Assembly: GCF_045130115.1 (NCBI RefSeq)
Contig: NZ_JBGUPC010000036.1
Coordinates: 12,180-76,179 of the forward strand
Length of the DNA: 64,000 bases
Origin: Methanobrevibacter sp.
GTDB lineage: Archaea > Methanobacteriota > Methanobacteria > Methanobacteriales > Methanobacteriaceae
Reading direction: 5' to 3'
Positions 51,784-62,669 of the stretch are shown here, piece by piece. The translations under genes and the position numbers were made by a program. Numbering within the stretch: the stretch's first letter is position 1; every line of letters starts with the position of its first letter. Below the pieces are notes generated by a model. That model ran no database searches. It was not told where the DNA came from and saw nothing but the letters and a program-made list of their open reading frames with translations.

Positions 51784-52571
51784 AATTAATGATTGATGCT
51801 GATAAGTGTATTGCATGTGGACAGTGCAAATCCGTTTGCATTAGGGACAATATTGAAATTGATGAAGTGGCTTTTGAAACCGGCAGCAACTGTTTTGAAT
51901 GTGGGCACTGCATGGCGATATGCCCTGCAGAGGCAATAACCCTTAAGATATTCAAGGGCCGCGAAAGCAGGATTGTCGAGTATAATCCCAATGAGATTCC
52001 TGTTGATTATGATGATTTATTGACTTTTTTAAAGCAGAGAAGATCTATGCGCTGGTTTAAAAAGAAAAAAATAGATAAGGATACCTTTAATAAGCTGATT
52101 GAAGGGGCATACTATTCACCTTCTGCACAAAACCAGCAGGATGTTGAATTTGTAGTTTTGGATAAAAGATTAAATGATTTCATGAAACATGTCTATGACA
52201 TTATTAAGGTTGAAGAGGAAGAATTTTTTAGAATTAAAGAATTTGGAGATTATTTGAGGGATAATTCAACTAAGGAATATCATCCGCTCCTGTGGTCAGG
52301 CCATCAGCTAATCTTGACATTTGCATCTGACAAAACAAGTGCAGTAATAGCAAACACCCGTATGGAACTATTGGCATACTCATTGGGACTTGGAGGATTC
52401 TACTCACTGTTTATCCTGAAGGCTGATGAGATTGACCATGAAAAACTAATGGAATTTTTCCCCGAAATCGATAAAAACAAGCATATGTATTCCGCTTTCA
52501 TAATTGGATATCCTAAAAAGAGATTCCGACGAACAATTCCTCATAAGGAAATTAAAGTTAAGTATATGTAA
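51780..52571 (+). CDS. Nitroreductase family protein with N-terminal 4Fe-4S dicluster
   Basis: CIACGQC..VC, CFECGHCMAICP, RRSMR.F, SPSAQN.Q. Confidence 0.9.
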   Translation: MKLMIDADKCIACGQCKSVCIRDNIEIDEVAFETGSNCFECGHCMAICPAEAITLKIFKGRESRIVEYNPNEIPVDYDDLLTFLKQRRSMRWFKKKKIDKDTFNKLIEGAYYSPSAQNQQDVEFVVLDKRLNDFMKHVYDIIKVEEEEFFRIKEFGDYLRDNSTKEYHPLLWSGHQLILTFASDKTSAVIANTRMELLAYSLGLGGFYSLFILKADEIDHEKLMEFFPEIDKNKHMYSAFIIGYPKKRFRRTIPHKEIKVKYM

Positions 52572-52584
52572 CTTATTTTGTAGT

Positions 52585-52598
52585 TTAGTTTAACCTAA
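52585..52598. promoter_or_regulatory. Palindromic DtxR/MntR-like operator immediately upstream of the copA TATA box
   Basis: TTAGTTTAACCTAA, one mismatch from the palindrome TTAGGTTAACCTAA; followed by TTTATTATAT. Confidence 0.55.
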
Positions 52599-52655
52599 AC
52601 TTTATTATATTATCAGAAATAAAATTATTTCTATATACGAAAAGGTTGTGATGGC

Positions 52656-55145
52656 ATGGTAAAGCATAAACATATGGATTTGCCTATTGAAGGGATGCAC
52701 TGCGCTTCCTGTGTTTTAAGCGTTAACAAGACTTTTGGAAAGATTGAAGGTGTAGAGGAAGTTGATGCGGACCTTGCAGCGAATAAGCTGCATATTACGG
52801 TAGATACCAAGAAAATTTCATATGAAGAAATGGAAAGGCTGGTTAAAAACCTCGGCTTTGAGCTTCACACAGATGAAATGACCATAAGGATTCAGGGCAT
52901 GCATTGCGCTTCCTGTACAATGAACGTCGAGAATTTCCTGATAAGGCTTGATGGAATTTTCGATGTCAAGGCGGATTTGACTTCACAGTCCGCTAGAATA
53001 CGCTATGACTCTTCAAAGGTAACCTTGGATGAGATTGATGAGGTAATTACATCTTTAGGATTTGAACTTTTGGGCGTTGAAGGACAAACAGAAATTGATG
53101 AGGAAGAGATATATCAGCAGGATTTAAAGGAAAAACGCAATAGGATAATTGTGGGCTTATTCTTCTCTGTCATCTTAATGATTTTAATGTTCAGCGGATG
53201 GGACCCTCTGATGGGCATTGTACACTCAATCAACCATTCAACCGGTTTGAACATATCTTCAATGGGATTGCTGTCATTGATTGTAAGCATTGCACCCTTT
53301 TTATATGTTTCATTACCGATTCTAAAGGCGGGAATCAACGGTTTGATGCATAAGAACCTGAATATGGATGTAATGTATTCAATGGGTATTCTGGTTGCAT
53401 ACATATCAAGCATTTTCGGAACCTTTGGAATAGTATTGGATCACACCTTCATGTTTTATGACTCAGCAGTCATGCTTCCTTCCTTTTTAATGATTGGAAG
53501 ATATCTTGAGGCAAGGGCCAAAAAACGAACTTCCGATTCTATAAGGGAATTGATAGGCCTTCAGCCGACCGTTGCAACTGCCATAGAAGTTGATGAAAAT
53601 GGGGAAATCATATCTCAAAATGAAGTCTCCATTGCAGATATCGTAATTGATGATTTGCTTCTGGTAAAACCAGGTGAAAAGATTCCTGTTGATGGGGATG
53701 TTGTTGGCGGCGAGTCCTATGTTGATGAATCAATGATTAACGGTGAGCCAATTCCTAAGGTAAAAAAGGATGGCGAAGAGGTATTTGCCGGAACAATCAA
53801 TCAGGATGGGGTCCTGCAGATTAGGGCCAAAAAGATCGGAAAGGAAACCGTTTTGTCAAACATTATACGCTTGGTTGAAAAGGCACAGTCTTCAAGGCCT
53901 CCAGTACAGAAATTCGCAAATACCATTGTCAGCTATTTCATTCCTGTCATTCTAACAATTGCAATCGTTGTATTTCTGATATGGTATTTTGTAATTGGAG
54001 AAACATTGCTCTTCTCCCTGACATGTCTGATTTCAATACTGGTTGTTGCCTGTCCGTGTGCATTGGGTCTTGCAACTCCAACTGCAGTCACCGTCGGTGT
54101 TGGAAGGGCCGCTGAGTATGGAATTCTAATCAAAAATGGTGATACTCTTGAAAATGCAGGCCAAATCGATGTGGCAGCATTTGACAAGACCGGAACAATA
54201 ACTGAAGGAAAACCTGAAGTCGATGACATCATTCCATATGGAATTTCAGATGATGAATTAATCAGACTTGCGGCAAGCGTCGAGCAAAATTCAACTCACC
54301 CTATTGCAAAGGCCATTGTAAACAAGTCAAAGGAATTCGCTTTGGAACTTGACCAGACAACTGAATTTGAAAATATAACAGGTAAAGGACTTAAAGCCAT
54401 ATTGAACGATAATGAAATTCTTGCAGGTAATTTGGCTTTAATGCAGTCTTATGACGTGGAAGTCAGCAGCGAAATTATTGATAAGTATCATGAACTTGAA
54501 GCATTAAGCAAAACCATTATCCTGATTGCAGAGAACAAATCCGTAAGGGGAATATTAAGCCTTTCTGATAAGATAAAGGCCAATTCCAAAAGGGCAATCG
54601 ATGAATTGCATAAGATGGGCGTTGAAACATACATGCTGACAGGTGACAATGAATCCACTGCATTGAATGTTGCCCGTGAGGTTGGAATCGACAATGTCGA
54701 AGCTGGCGTTCTTCCGGAAAACAAATTGGACATCGTCAAATCCACTCAGGCAAATAACACCAAAAAGGTATTGTTTGTTGGGGATGGAATCAATGATGCC
54801 CCTGCGCTTACACAGGCTGATATTGGTGTTGCCATGGGAAATGGTACGGATATTGCAATGGAAAGTGGAGATATCGTTGTGATGGAAGGTGATTTGGAAA
54901 ATGTCGTTGCTGCGGTCCAGTTTTCCAAAAAGGTTATGCGCAGAATCAAGGAAAACATTTTCTGGGCATTTGCATATAACACAATATTGATTCCAATCGC
55001 AGCGGGAGTGTTGTATCCTGCATTTGGAATAACTTTTGAACCTGCCCTTGCGGGTCTTGCAATGGCAATGAGTTCTGTAACGGTTATTACATTATCTCTG
55101 ATGCTTAAGAGATACGTTCCTGAAATAAAAAGAGTAAAAAATTAA
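52656..55145 (+). CDS. copA: Cu(I)-translocating P1B-type ATPase
   Basis: Two GMHCASC HMA domains, CPCALG, DKTGT, HP, GDGINDAP, YN and MAMSS. Confidence 0.95.
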   Translation: MVKHKHMDLPIEGMHCASCVLSVNKTFGKIEGVEEVDADLAANKLHITVDTKKISYEEMERLVKNLGFELHTDEMTIRIQGMHCASCTMNVENFLIRLDGIFDVKADLTSQSARIRYDSSKVTLDEIDEVITSLGFELLGVEGQTEIDEEEIYQQDLKEKRNRIIVGLFFSVILMILMFSGWDPLMGIVHSINHSTGLNISSMGLLSLIVSIAPFLYVSLPILKAGINGLMHKNLNMDVMYSMGILVAYISSIFGTFGIVLDHTFMFYDSAVMLPSFLMIGRYLEARAKKRTSDSIRELIGLQPTVATAIEVDENGEIISQNEVSIADIVIDDLLLVKPGEKIPVDGDVVGGESYVDESMINGEPIPKVKKDGEEVFAGTINQDGVLQIRAKKIGKETVLSNIIRLVEKAQSSRPPVQKFANTIVSYFIPVILTIAIVVFLIWYFVIGETLLFSLTCLISILVVACPCALGLATPTAVTVGVGRAAEYGILIKNGDTLENAGQIDVAAFDKTGTITEGKPEVDDIIPYGISDDELIRLAASVEQNSTHPIAKAIVNKSKEFALELDQTTEFENITGKGLKAILNDNEILAGNLALMQSYDVEVSSEIIDKYHELEALSKTIILIAENKSVRGILSLSDKIKANSKRAIDELHKMGVETYMLTGDNESTALNVAREVGIDNVEAGVLPENKLDIVKSTQANNTKKVLFVGDGINDAPALTQADIGVAMGNGTDIAMESGDIVVMEGDLENVVAAVQFSKKVMRRIKENIFWAFAYNTILIPIAAGVLYPAFGITFEPALAGLAMAMSSVTVITLSLMLKRYVPEIKRVKN

Positions 55146-55177
55146 TTGGTTAAACCAATTAATTCTATTTTTTAATT

Positions 55178-56527
55178 TTAAAACCAACTTTTGGATTCTT
55201 CAATCAATTCATCAATGATTGTTGGTATAGATCCGGTGTATGTGTGAGGATCCATGATTTTTTCAACATCGTCTTCTGTTAAGTATTTTTGGACTTCTTC
55301 ATCCTCTAGGATTAACTCACCTAATAAAAGTTTTTCCTTATTGGCTTTAATTGCATTTTTCCTTACAATTCCGTAAGCGGTTTGTTTTCCCATTCCTGCA
55401 CGGGTGAGCTCAGCCATTAATCTTTCGGCCATGATTAGTCCGTTAGTCAAGTTAAGGTTTCTTTCGATGTTTTCATCATAGAATACTAGGTTGTTCATCA
55501 ATTTGATGGTAAGGTTTAAGATGTAATCGGTTAAAATACAGCTTTCCGGAAACATTATCCTTTCACATGATGAATTGGTAAGGTCCCTTTCATGCCAGAG
55601 AGGGTTGTTGTCGAGTGCGGCATTTACAAATGATTTTACAATCCTTGCAACACCACAGATTCTTTCTGCAGTAATCGGATTCATTTTATGTGGCATTGTG
55701 CTACTTCCAACTTGTTTTTCAGGGTCGAAATATTCACCAACTTCCATTATTTCAGTTCTTTGGAGGCTTCTGATTTCGAGTCCGATTTTATCCAAGGTGG
55801 ATGCTATGTTTGCCAAAACGCTTATGAATTCAACATGGTTGTCCCTTTGAACAACCTGGTTTGTGATTCTGGCGGCAGGCAATCCTAAGATTTCTGCAAC
55901 GGTCTTGTGAATTTCCCAACCTTGTTCGCCTAGTGCTGCGGTTGTACCGACAGCGCCGTCCATCATTCCGACACATACATTTGCTCTTGCATTTTCGAGT
56001 CTTACGTATTGTCTGTGGAGCTCATCCGCCCAGATACCGAACTTCATTCCGTATGTGGTTGGAAGCGCATGCTGTCCGTGTGTACGTCCGATACATACCT
56101 TCATTTTATTTTCTTCTGCTAATTTAAGCATTATCTTAGTTAATTTTTCCAATTTTTCTTCAAGCACATCAATGGAGTCACGGATGAGCAGGGAATTGGA
56201 ACTATCAACGATATCATTGGATGTAGCGCCAAAGTGGACATATTCTCCCGCACCGTTTTCACATACTTCGGTGATTGATTTTGATAATGCGGCAATGTCG
56301 TGATTGGTTTCAGCTTCAATTTCTTTCATTCTTTCTAATTTTACGTATTTTGTATTTGCTTTTACAGCAATTTCGTCTGCAACTTCTTGTGGTATTATTC
56401 CTAGTTTTCCTTCAGCCAAAGCCAATGCAGCTTCTACATCAAGCATTCTTTGTAATTTATTTTCTTCTTCCCAAATATTTTTCATTTCAGGAGTACCATA
56501 CCTAAATTCAATTGGGTGTATAGCCAT
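55178..56527 (-). CDS. purB: Adenylosuccinate lyase
   Basis: HFGATSND, GRTHGQHA, GSSTMPHKMNP, HERDL. Confidence 0.97.
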   Translation of the reverse strand: MAIHPIEFRYGTPEMKNIWEEENKLQRMLDVEAALALAEGKLGIIPQEVADEIAVKANTKYVKLERMKEIEAETNHDIAALSKSITEVCENGAGEYVHFGATSNDIVDSSNSLLIRDSIDVLEEKLEKLTKIMLKLAEENKMKVCIGRTHGQHALPTTYGMKFGIWADELHRQYVRLENARANVCVGMMDGAVGTTAALGEQGWEIHKTVAEILGLPAARITNQVVQRDNHVEFISVLANIASTLDKIGLEIRSLQRTEIMEVGEYFDPEKQVGSSTMPHKMNPITAERICGVARIVKSFVNAALDNNPLWHERDLTNSSCERIMFPESCILTDYILNLTIKLMNNLVFYDENIERNLNLTNGLIMAERLMAELTRAGMGKQTAYGIVRKNAIKANKEKLLLGELILEDEEVQKYLTEDDVEKIMDPHTYTGSIPTIIDELIEESKSWF

Positions 56528-56664
56528 TTTTTATCATCTCACTTAAAAATTATAATAACAATAATATTTTTGTTGTTCAAACTATTAAATTTTAGCAAAC
56601 ATTTATATTGTTTCATATAAAGATTAATTATTGCTATTATAATTCATTTATAATAGGTGATACT

Positions 56665-56868
56665 ATGGAAACAAAAATACGCAAATTCCGCCAGGAAAAA
56701 GGCATAACTCAACAAGAGTTGGCCGATTTGGCTGGTGTTACACGTCAGACAATAAACGCTTTAGAGAATGCACGCTACAACCCTTCTTTAATATTGGCAT
56801 ATAAGATTACTAAAATTTTGGGTAAGAACGCAATTGAAGATGTTTTTGTACTCACTGACGTTGATTAA
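56665..56868 (+). CDS. XRE-family helix-turn-helix regulator
   Basis: [31 protein letters not shown] before ATG 56665. Confidence 0.92.
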   Translation: METKIRKFRQEKGITQQELADLAGVTRQTINALENARYNPSLILAYKITKILGKNAIEDVFVLTDVD

Positions 56869-56968
56869 ATTCAAAAAATACTACTAATTAGGACCTAGCA
56901 AATATGCCAAATCACCTTTTTAGATTGGAGTATCTTTAATTAATTTGATAAATTTTATTTTTGATAAG

Positions 56969-57718
56969 ATGTCTTTATTTAATGAAAAACTTAAAAAGAT
57001 TAGATTAAAGGAGTTGTTGCCTTTAATTATCATTTTATTTTTAATTCAATATTCATTTAATTCTTTAAACATTGTTCACATCGATTCTATTTGGATTTAT
57101 ATTTTGATAATTTTTTACTTTATTTTTAAACTAAAAACCGAAATTTTTTCAATTAGGCTTGATGTCATGGAGGTTTTTTCGCCAGATGTCCTAAAAACGA
57201 CTCTTGCAGTTGTGGTTTTAAACATATTTTTCTCATATGGAATGTTATACTTCTCAAATTCTGTTTTGGATATTGCTCAATCAGAAAATCTATTCAATTC
57301 ATTTTTAACAGGGAGTCTGATTGCAACCATATTTATTTCTCCAATTTCTGAGGAATTAATCTTTAGGGGTGTCTTTTTAAACAGGCTGAAATTTATTGTT
57401 CCAGCGATTTTTGCGGTATTGATATCCTCATTACTGTTTGCAGCTCTTCATAGCTTCGGATCTATCTTTTCAGCATTTATTTTTGGAATATGTATTGCAA
57501 TATTATATCTGAAAACCGATAATATTTTTGTAGCGATATTTGCCCACTTTTTAAATAACCTGTTTGCAGAAATAATTGTTATCCTTGACCCGAATAAGAT
57601 TTTATTCACCAACAATTCAGTCATGATGATAATGTCCATTTTGGCTTTCGTTTCATTTGTCATGATCTTGCTTTTCATTATCGGCAATCTGAAAAAATTA
57701 AATACTAATGATTTATAA
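56969..57718 (+). CDS. CPBP (CAAX protease/Abi) family intramembrane metalloprotease
   Basis: PISEELIFRG, FAALH, AHFLNN; start ATG 56969 or TTG 56945. Confidence 0.88.
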   Translation: MSLFNEKLKKIRLKELLPLIIILFLIQYSFNSLNIVHIDSIWIYILIIFYFIFKLKTEIFSIRLDVMEVFSPDVLKTTLAVVVLNIFFSYGMLYFSNSVLDIAQSENLFNSFLTGSLIATIFISPISEELIFRGVFLNRLKFIVPAIFAVLISSLLFAALHSFGSIFSAFIFGICIAILYLKTDNIFVAIFAHFLNNLFAEIIVILDPNKILFTNNSVMMIMSILAFVSFVMILLFIIGNLKKLNTNDL

Positions 57719-57728
57719 AACTCTTATT

Positions 57729-58127
57729 ATGGATTTAAGAAAAATTGGAATTATTCTAATTCTAGTCGGAATTGTAGTTACTATAGTTTTCATCGGCAAT
57801 CAGAAGATTTTCGTTCCGGCGCTGACTGTAACCATGTTGGGATTCTTCATCACTATCGTTGGTTTTGTCAATGAAATCAGGAAAAGGAAAATCATCAATG
57901 AACGTTTGGATGAGGATATCGGAACCATCCTTCAGCCTTTGATTACAAAGTATTCCAATCTGAACAAGCAATACAAGAATGAGTTTGAAGGTGAGGAATA
58001 TGCCGAAAAAAGATTGCAGCTGAACAGGGATTTGGAAAGGGAAATCACTGAAAAGCTTCCTTATTTGGAAAGCAGGGAAATCAAAAAGATTGTTATTGCA
58101 TTTAGTAAGGAACAGGACAAAATGTAA
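57729..58127 (+). CDS. Conserved hypothetical 2-TM protein
   Basis: Two N-terminal TM helices then a charged helical domain. Confidence 0.7.
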   Translation: MDLRKIGIILILVGIVVTIVFIGNQKIFVPALTVTMLGFFITIVGFVNEIRKRKIINERLDEDIGTILQPLITKYSNLNKQYKNEFEGEEYAEKRLQLNRDLEREITEKLPYLESREIKKIVIAFSKEQDKM

Positions 58128-58151
58128 TATTTTTTTTCAAATTTATTTCAA

Positions 58152-58194
58152 TGTACATTTTAATACAACAAGGTTTTAAATAGTACATTATACT
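58152..58194 (+). promoter_or_regulatory. trp promoter with putative TRP boxes (TrpY sites)
   Basis: TGTACA 58152-57, AATACA 58162-67, TATA TTTTAAATA ~58174-82, AGTACA 58182-87. Confidence 0.6.
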
Positions 58195-58214
58195 AATTAA
58201 TTATTAGTGATAAA

Positions 58215-59711
58215 ATGTTTTCCCCAGATTTAAATGAAGCAAAAGAAATATGTAAAAATGAAGAATATAAGCGAATGCCTATATCTTATGAACTGTTTTC
58301 AGATATAGCCACACCAATAGAAGTTTTAAGGATTTTAAAAAGAATAAGCAAACATACATACATGCTGGAAAGTGTAGAGGATTCAAAAAAATGGGGGAGA
58401 TACACATTTTTAGGCTTCGATCCTCTTTTGGAATTCACCTGCCAGAATGGAATTGTTAATATTAAGGGTGATAAGGACTTCAATGAATTGAATGATGATG
58501 AAATAATCATAGAAACCGACAATCCCCGTGAAATCATCAAGGATTTGATTGAAAAGAACAAATCTCCAAAATTGAAAAACCTGCCGCCGTTTACCGGAGG
58601 CTTTGTGGGGTATTTTGCATATGATTACATCAAATATGCCGAACCCACTTTGAATTTGGATGCCGAAAACCAGGACTGCTTCAAGGACATTGACCTGATG
58701 CTTTTTGATAAGGTCATTGCATTCGACAACTTCAGGCAAAAGATAATTCTAATAATCAACATAAAGACAGATGATTTGGAAAACAACTACAGAAGGGCAT
58801 GCGATGAACTTCTTGAAATGGCTGATTTATTGAAAAATGGTAAAAAATCAGAAATTGTTCCATTAAAGTTAAAATCTGATTTCAAACCTGCTTTTTCACG
58901 TGAAAAGTATTGCGAAATGGTTGAAAAGGCAAAAAACTACATCTATGAAGGAGACATCTTCCAGGTTGTGCTTTCAAACAGGATAGAGGCAGAAATTTCA
59001 GGAAGCCTTTTTGACACATACAGGGTGTTGCGAACCACTAACCCTTCCCCTTACATGTTTTACTTTTCAAGTGATGATATTGAAATTGCCGGAGCCTCTC
59101 CCGAAACCCTGGTCAAGTTGAACGACAATAAGCTTTACACTTTCCCGCTTGCGGGAACAAGGCCTCGTGGAAAAACTGATGAAGAGGACCACGAACTGGA
59201 GCATGATCTGCTTGATGATGAAAAGGAGCTTGCAGAGCACAATATGCTTGTTGACCTTGGAAGAAACGACATCGGAAGGATTTCAGAGATAGGGTCTGTA
59301 AAAGTGGAAAAGTATCTCTCGATTGAGAAATTTTCACATGTGATGCACATCGGATCTACAGTCACTGGTGATTTGAGAAGTGATTTGGACTCTCTTGCCG
59401 CAATTGACTCAATACTGCCTGCCGGAACATTATCCGGTGCTCCAAAGATAAGGGCCTGTGAAATAATTAATGAGCTTGAAGACAATAAGCGCGGAATCTA
59501 TGGAGGAGCTATCGGCTATGTTGATTTGAGCGGAAATATTGACACCTGCATTTCAATCAGAATAGCATTTGCAAGAAACAATAAGGTGTTCATACGGTCG
59601 GGTGCAGGCATTGTGGCGGACAGCGTTCCGGAAAAGGAATTTGAAGAATGTTTAAATAAGGCAGCTGCCGTAATCGATGCCTTAAAGACTGCTGATGGGG
59701 GATTGCAATGA
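58215..59711 (+). CDS. trpE: Anthranilate synthase component I
   Basis: LES..WGRY, GDIFQVVLS, NPSPYM, ASPE, PLAGT.PRG, AEHNMLVDLGRND, GTLSGAPK. Confidence 0.97.
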   Translation: MFSPDLNEAKEICKNEEYKRMPISYELFSDIATPIEVLRILKRISKHTYMLESVEDSKKWGRYTFLGFDPLLEFTCQNGIVNIKGDKDFNELNDDEIIIETDNPREIIKDLIEKNKSPKLKNLPPFTGGFVGYFAYDYIKYAEPTLNLDAENQDCFKDIDLMLFDKVIAFDNFRQKIILIINIKTDDLENNYRRACDELLEMADLLKNGKKSEIVPLKLKSDFKPAFSREKYCEMVEKAKNYIYEGDIFQVVLSNRIEAEISGSLFDTYRVLRTTNPSPYMFYFSSDDIEIAGASPETLVKLNDNKLYTFPLAGTRPRGKTDEEDHELEHDLLDDEKELAEHNMLVDLGRNDIGRISEIGSVKVEKYLSIEKFSHVMHIGSTVTGDLRSDLDSLAAIDSILPAGTLSGAPKIRACEIINELEDNKRGIYGGAIGYVDLSGNIDTCISIRIAFARNNKVFIRSGAGIVADSVPEKEFEECLNKAAAVIDALKTADGGLQ

Positions 59712-60292
59712 TTCTTTTGATAGACAATTATGACAGTTTTTCATATAACCTGTACCAATTGGTCGGTCAGGTCAATTCAGACATTAAAGTTTCAAGAAAT
59801 GACAAAATAACTATTGATGAGATAAGGGATTTGAATCCGGATGCAATCATTTTGTCTCCAGGACCTGGAAAACCGGAAAACGCAGGCATATGTATGGACT
59901 TGGTGAAGGAATTCCATGACAAGATTCCAATTTTGGGGGTTTGCCTGGGCCATCAGGCAATTTGCGCCGCACTTGGAGGTGAAGTCTCCCATGCCAAAAG
60001 GCTGATGCATGGAAAGTCATCAAAGATTTCCCTTGACTATGATTTTATCTTTAAGGGGCTTCCGGGCGAAATAACCGTTGGAAGGTATCATTCTCTAAGT
60101 CTGGTTGAGGACACTCTTCCGGATTGTCTGGAAATCATCTCAAAGGCACGCGATGATGGGGAAGTCATGGCGGTAAAGCACAGGGAATTTAATGTTTACG
60201 GACTTCAATTCCATCCTGAGTCAATTTTGACACCGGACGGATTAACAATTATTGAAAATTTCATAGAAAAAGTTGAAAGAGGTATATTATGA
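59708..60292 (+). CDS. trpG: Anthranilate synthase component II
   Basis: [30 protein letters not shown]. Confidence 0.96.
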   Translation: MILLIDNYDSFSYNLYQLVGQVNSDIKVSRNDKITIDEIRDLNPDAIILSPGPGKPENAGICMDLVKEFHDKIPILGVCLGHQAICAALGGEVSHAKRLMHGKSSKISLDYDFIFKGLPGEITVGRYHSLSLVEDTLPDCLEIISKARDDGEVMAVKHREFNVYGLQFHPESILTPDGLTIIENFIEKVERGIL

Positions 60293-61299
60293 TTAAAGAA
60301 GCAATTTTAAAAGTATACAAGCATGAAGATTTAACTTATGATGAAGCTTACCAAACAATGGATGAAATCATGAGCGGTGAAGCAAGTGAAGTTCAGATGA
60401 GCGCCTATCTGACTGCCATGGCAATGAAAGGTGAAACAATTGAGGAAATCACCGCATCGGCTGAGGCAATGAGGGCTCATTGTTTGAGGCTCCTGAATGA
60501 TGAAAAGGTTTTGGAGATTGTCGGTACCGGCGGTGACGGTTCAAACACATTCAATATTTCAACAACCTCATCAATCGTCATTTCGGCTGCAGGAATTCCT
60601 GTTGCAAAGCATGGAAACAGGTCTGCATCAAGCAAATGCGGTGCGGCTGACGTATTGGAGGAATTGGGTGTCAACATTCACATAAGTCCAAGCAGAAGCC
60701 TGAGATGCCTGAAGGAGAATAACATATGCTTCCTGTTTGCTCAGAATTATCATTTGTCCATGAAATATGTGGCTCCGGTAAGAAAGGAGCTTTCAATCAG
60801 GACTATATTTAATATTTTAGGCCCTCTGACAAATCCTGCCGGTGCTTCCATGCAGGTTTTAGGGGTTTATGAAAAGGAGCTTGTCGAACCGCTGATGGAG
60901 GTATTGAAAAACCTTGGTGTCGAATCTGCAGTCTCAGTTTATGGGATGGATGGAATGGATGAGATTTCAGTCAGTGATAAAACTTTTGTATGTGAACTTA
61001 AAGATGGTAAAACAATGTCTTATGAAATTTCACCTGAATACTTCGGAATGGAGGTATGTTCCAAAGAGGATCTGGTCGGTGGAGACGCTAAAGAAAATGC
61101 AAAAATTACCTTATCAATCTTGAAGGGTGAAAAAGGACCAAAAAGAAATGCCGTTCTATTGAATTCCGCTGCAGGATTGTATGTTGCCGGTAAAGTTGAA
61201 TCCTTAAGGGAAGGAGTTGAACTTGCAGCCGAAATCATCGATTCCGGAAAGGCATTAAGACAACTTGAAAACTTTATTGAATTTACAAATGCTGATTAA
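60289..61299 (+). CDS. trpD: Anthranilate phosphoribosyltransferase
   Basis: [33 protein letters not shown]. Confidence 0.97.
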   Translation: MIKEAILKVYKHEDLTYDEAYQTMDEIMSGEASEVQMSAYLTAMAMKGETIEEITASAEAMRAHCLRLLNDEKVLEIVGTGGDGSNTFNISTTSSIVISAAGIPVAKHGNRSASSKCGAADVLEELGVNIHISPSRSLRCLKENNICFLFAQNYHLSMKYVAPVRKELSIRTIFNILGPLTNPAGASMQVLGVYEKELVEPLMEVLKNLGVESAVSVYGMDGMDEISVSDKTFVCELKDGKTMSYEISPEYFGMEVCSKEDLVGGDAKENAKITLSILKGEKGPKRNAVLLNSAAGLYVAGKVESLREGVELAAEIIDSGKALRQLENFIEFTNAD

Positions 61300-61300
61300 A

Positions 61301-62077
61301 ATGTTGGATGAAATAGTTGAAAAAACAAAAGAAAGAGTTGAAATGGCTAAAAGCATATTGCCATTGGAGGATATTAAAAAACAGGTTTCCCTATTGGAAA
61401 TTTCAGATGAATTTCCATTTAAAAAGGCATTAGGTGGGGATGATATTTCAATAATTGCTGAAGTCAAGAAGGCTTCTCCATCAAAGGGTCTGATTGCAGA
61501 GGACTTTGACTATCTGGCTATTGCAAAGGAATACGAGGCTGCCGGAGCAAGTGCAATTTCCGTATTGACAGAACCATATTTTTTCCAGGGATCTGATGAA
61601 TATCTGGAGGAAATTGCCAAAGAGGTCAGCATACCTGTTTTGAGAAAGGATTTTGTCGTTGATGAGTATATGATTTGGGAAGCCAAGATGTTGGGTGCTT
61701 CCGCCATTTTATTGATAGTTTCCATCCTGGATGTTGTTCAGCTGAAAAAATATCTTGATTTGGCACATGACCTCGGTCTTTCAGCTATTGTCGAGACTCA
61801 TGATAGCAGTGAAATCATGAGAGCCATGACAGTCGGTGCTGAAATTATCGGTGTCAACAACAGAAACCTTCAGGATTTTACAGTAGACATTGAAAATAGT
61901 ATCAGTCTACGTAGATGTGTCAGTGGAGATGTGATATTTATTTCAGAAAGTGGCATTAAAACACCTGAAGATGTCGCCAGATTGAAAGAAAATGATGTCG
62001 ATGCTGTTTTAATAGGCGAAACTTTAATGAAAAGTGATGATAAAAAGGCTATGATTTCGGAGCTGAAAAATGGTTAA
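61301..62077 (+). CDS. trpC: Indole-3-glycerol phosphate synthase
   Basis: IIAEVKKASPSKG, ISVLTE..FF.G, LRKDF, GVNNRNL, SESGI; start ATG 61301. Confidence 0.96.
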   Translation: MLDEIVEKTKERVEMAKSILPLEDIKKQVSLLEISDEFPFKKALGGDDISIIAEVKKASPSKGLIAEDFDYLAIAKEYEAAGASAISVLTEPYFFQGSDEYLEEIAKEVSIPVLRKDFVVDEYMIWEAKMLGASAILLIVSILDVVQLKKYLDLAHDLGLSAIVETHDSSEIMRAMTVGAEIIGVNNRNLQDFTVDIENSISLRRCVSGDVIFISESGIKTPEDVARLKENDVDAVLIGETLMKSDDKKAMISELKNG

Positions 62078-62669
62078 AATCAAAATCTGTGGAATCAAAA
62101 GATTGGAAGATATTGAAATGGTAAACAGATATAAGCCCGATTATATCGGATTTGTATTTGCAGATTCAAAAAGAAAGGTTTCACATGATTTGGCTAAAGA
62201 ATTAAAGGACAATCTCGATTCGGATATTATTCCAGTAGGTGTTTTTGTAGATTCTCCCCAGGAGGAAATATTGGAATTGTTTGGAGAGGGGATAATTGAA
62301 GTCGCCCAGCTTCACGGAAGCGAAAGCGAACAATATATATTAGATTTAAAAAAGAAAACTAATGGTGAATTAAAAATCATTAACGCAATTGAAATGACAC
62401 AGGAAGTCGATTTGTTGGAATACAATGATTCTAATTCTGATTACTTATTGCTTGACAGTGGCAAGGGCAGTGGAAAAACATTTGATTGGGGTCTGATTAG
62501 AAAAGACATAAAAAAAGAATTTTTCCTGGCGGGAGGATTGAGCAGCGAAAATGTGACACAGGCCATAAATGAGTTCAATCCCTATGCCGTTGATTTGAGT
62601 TCAAGCCTTGAAACTGATGGATTTAAAGATGAAAATAAAATAAAAGAGATAATGGAGGTTATAAATTGA
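62070..62669 (+). CDS. trpF: Phosphoribosylanthranilate isomerase
   Basis: [35 protein letters not shown]. Confidence 0.96.
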   Translation: MVKIKICGIKRLEDIEMVNRYKPDYIGFVFADSKRKVSHDLAKELKDNLDSDIIPVGVFVDSPQEEILELFGEGIIEVAQLHGSESEQYILDLKKKTNGELKIINAIEMTQEVDLLEYNDSNSDYLLLDSGKGSGKTFDWGLIRKDIKKEFFLAGGLSSENVTQAINEFNPYAVDLSSSLETDGFKDENKIKEIMEVIN

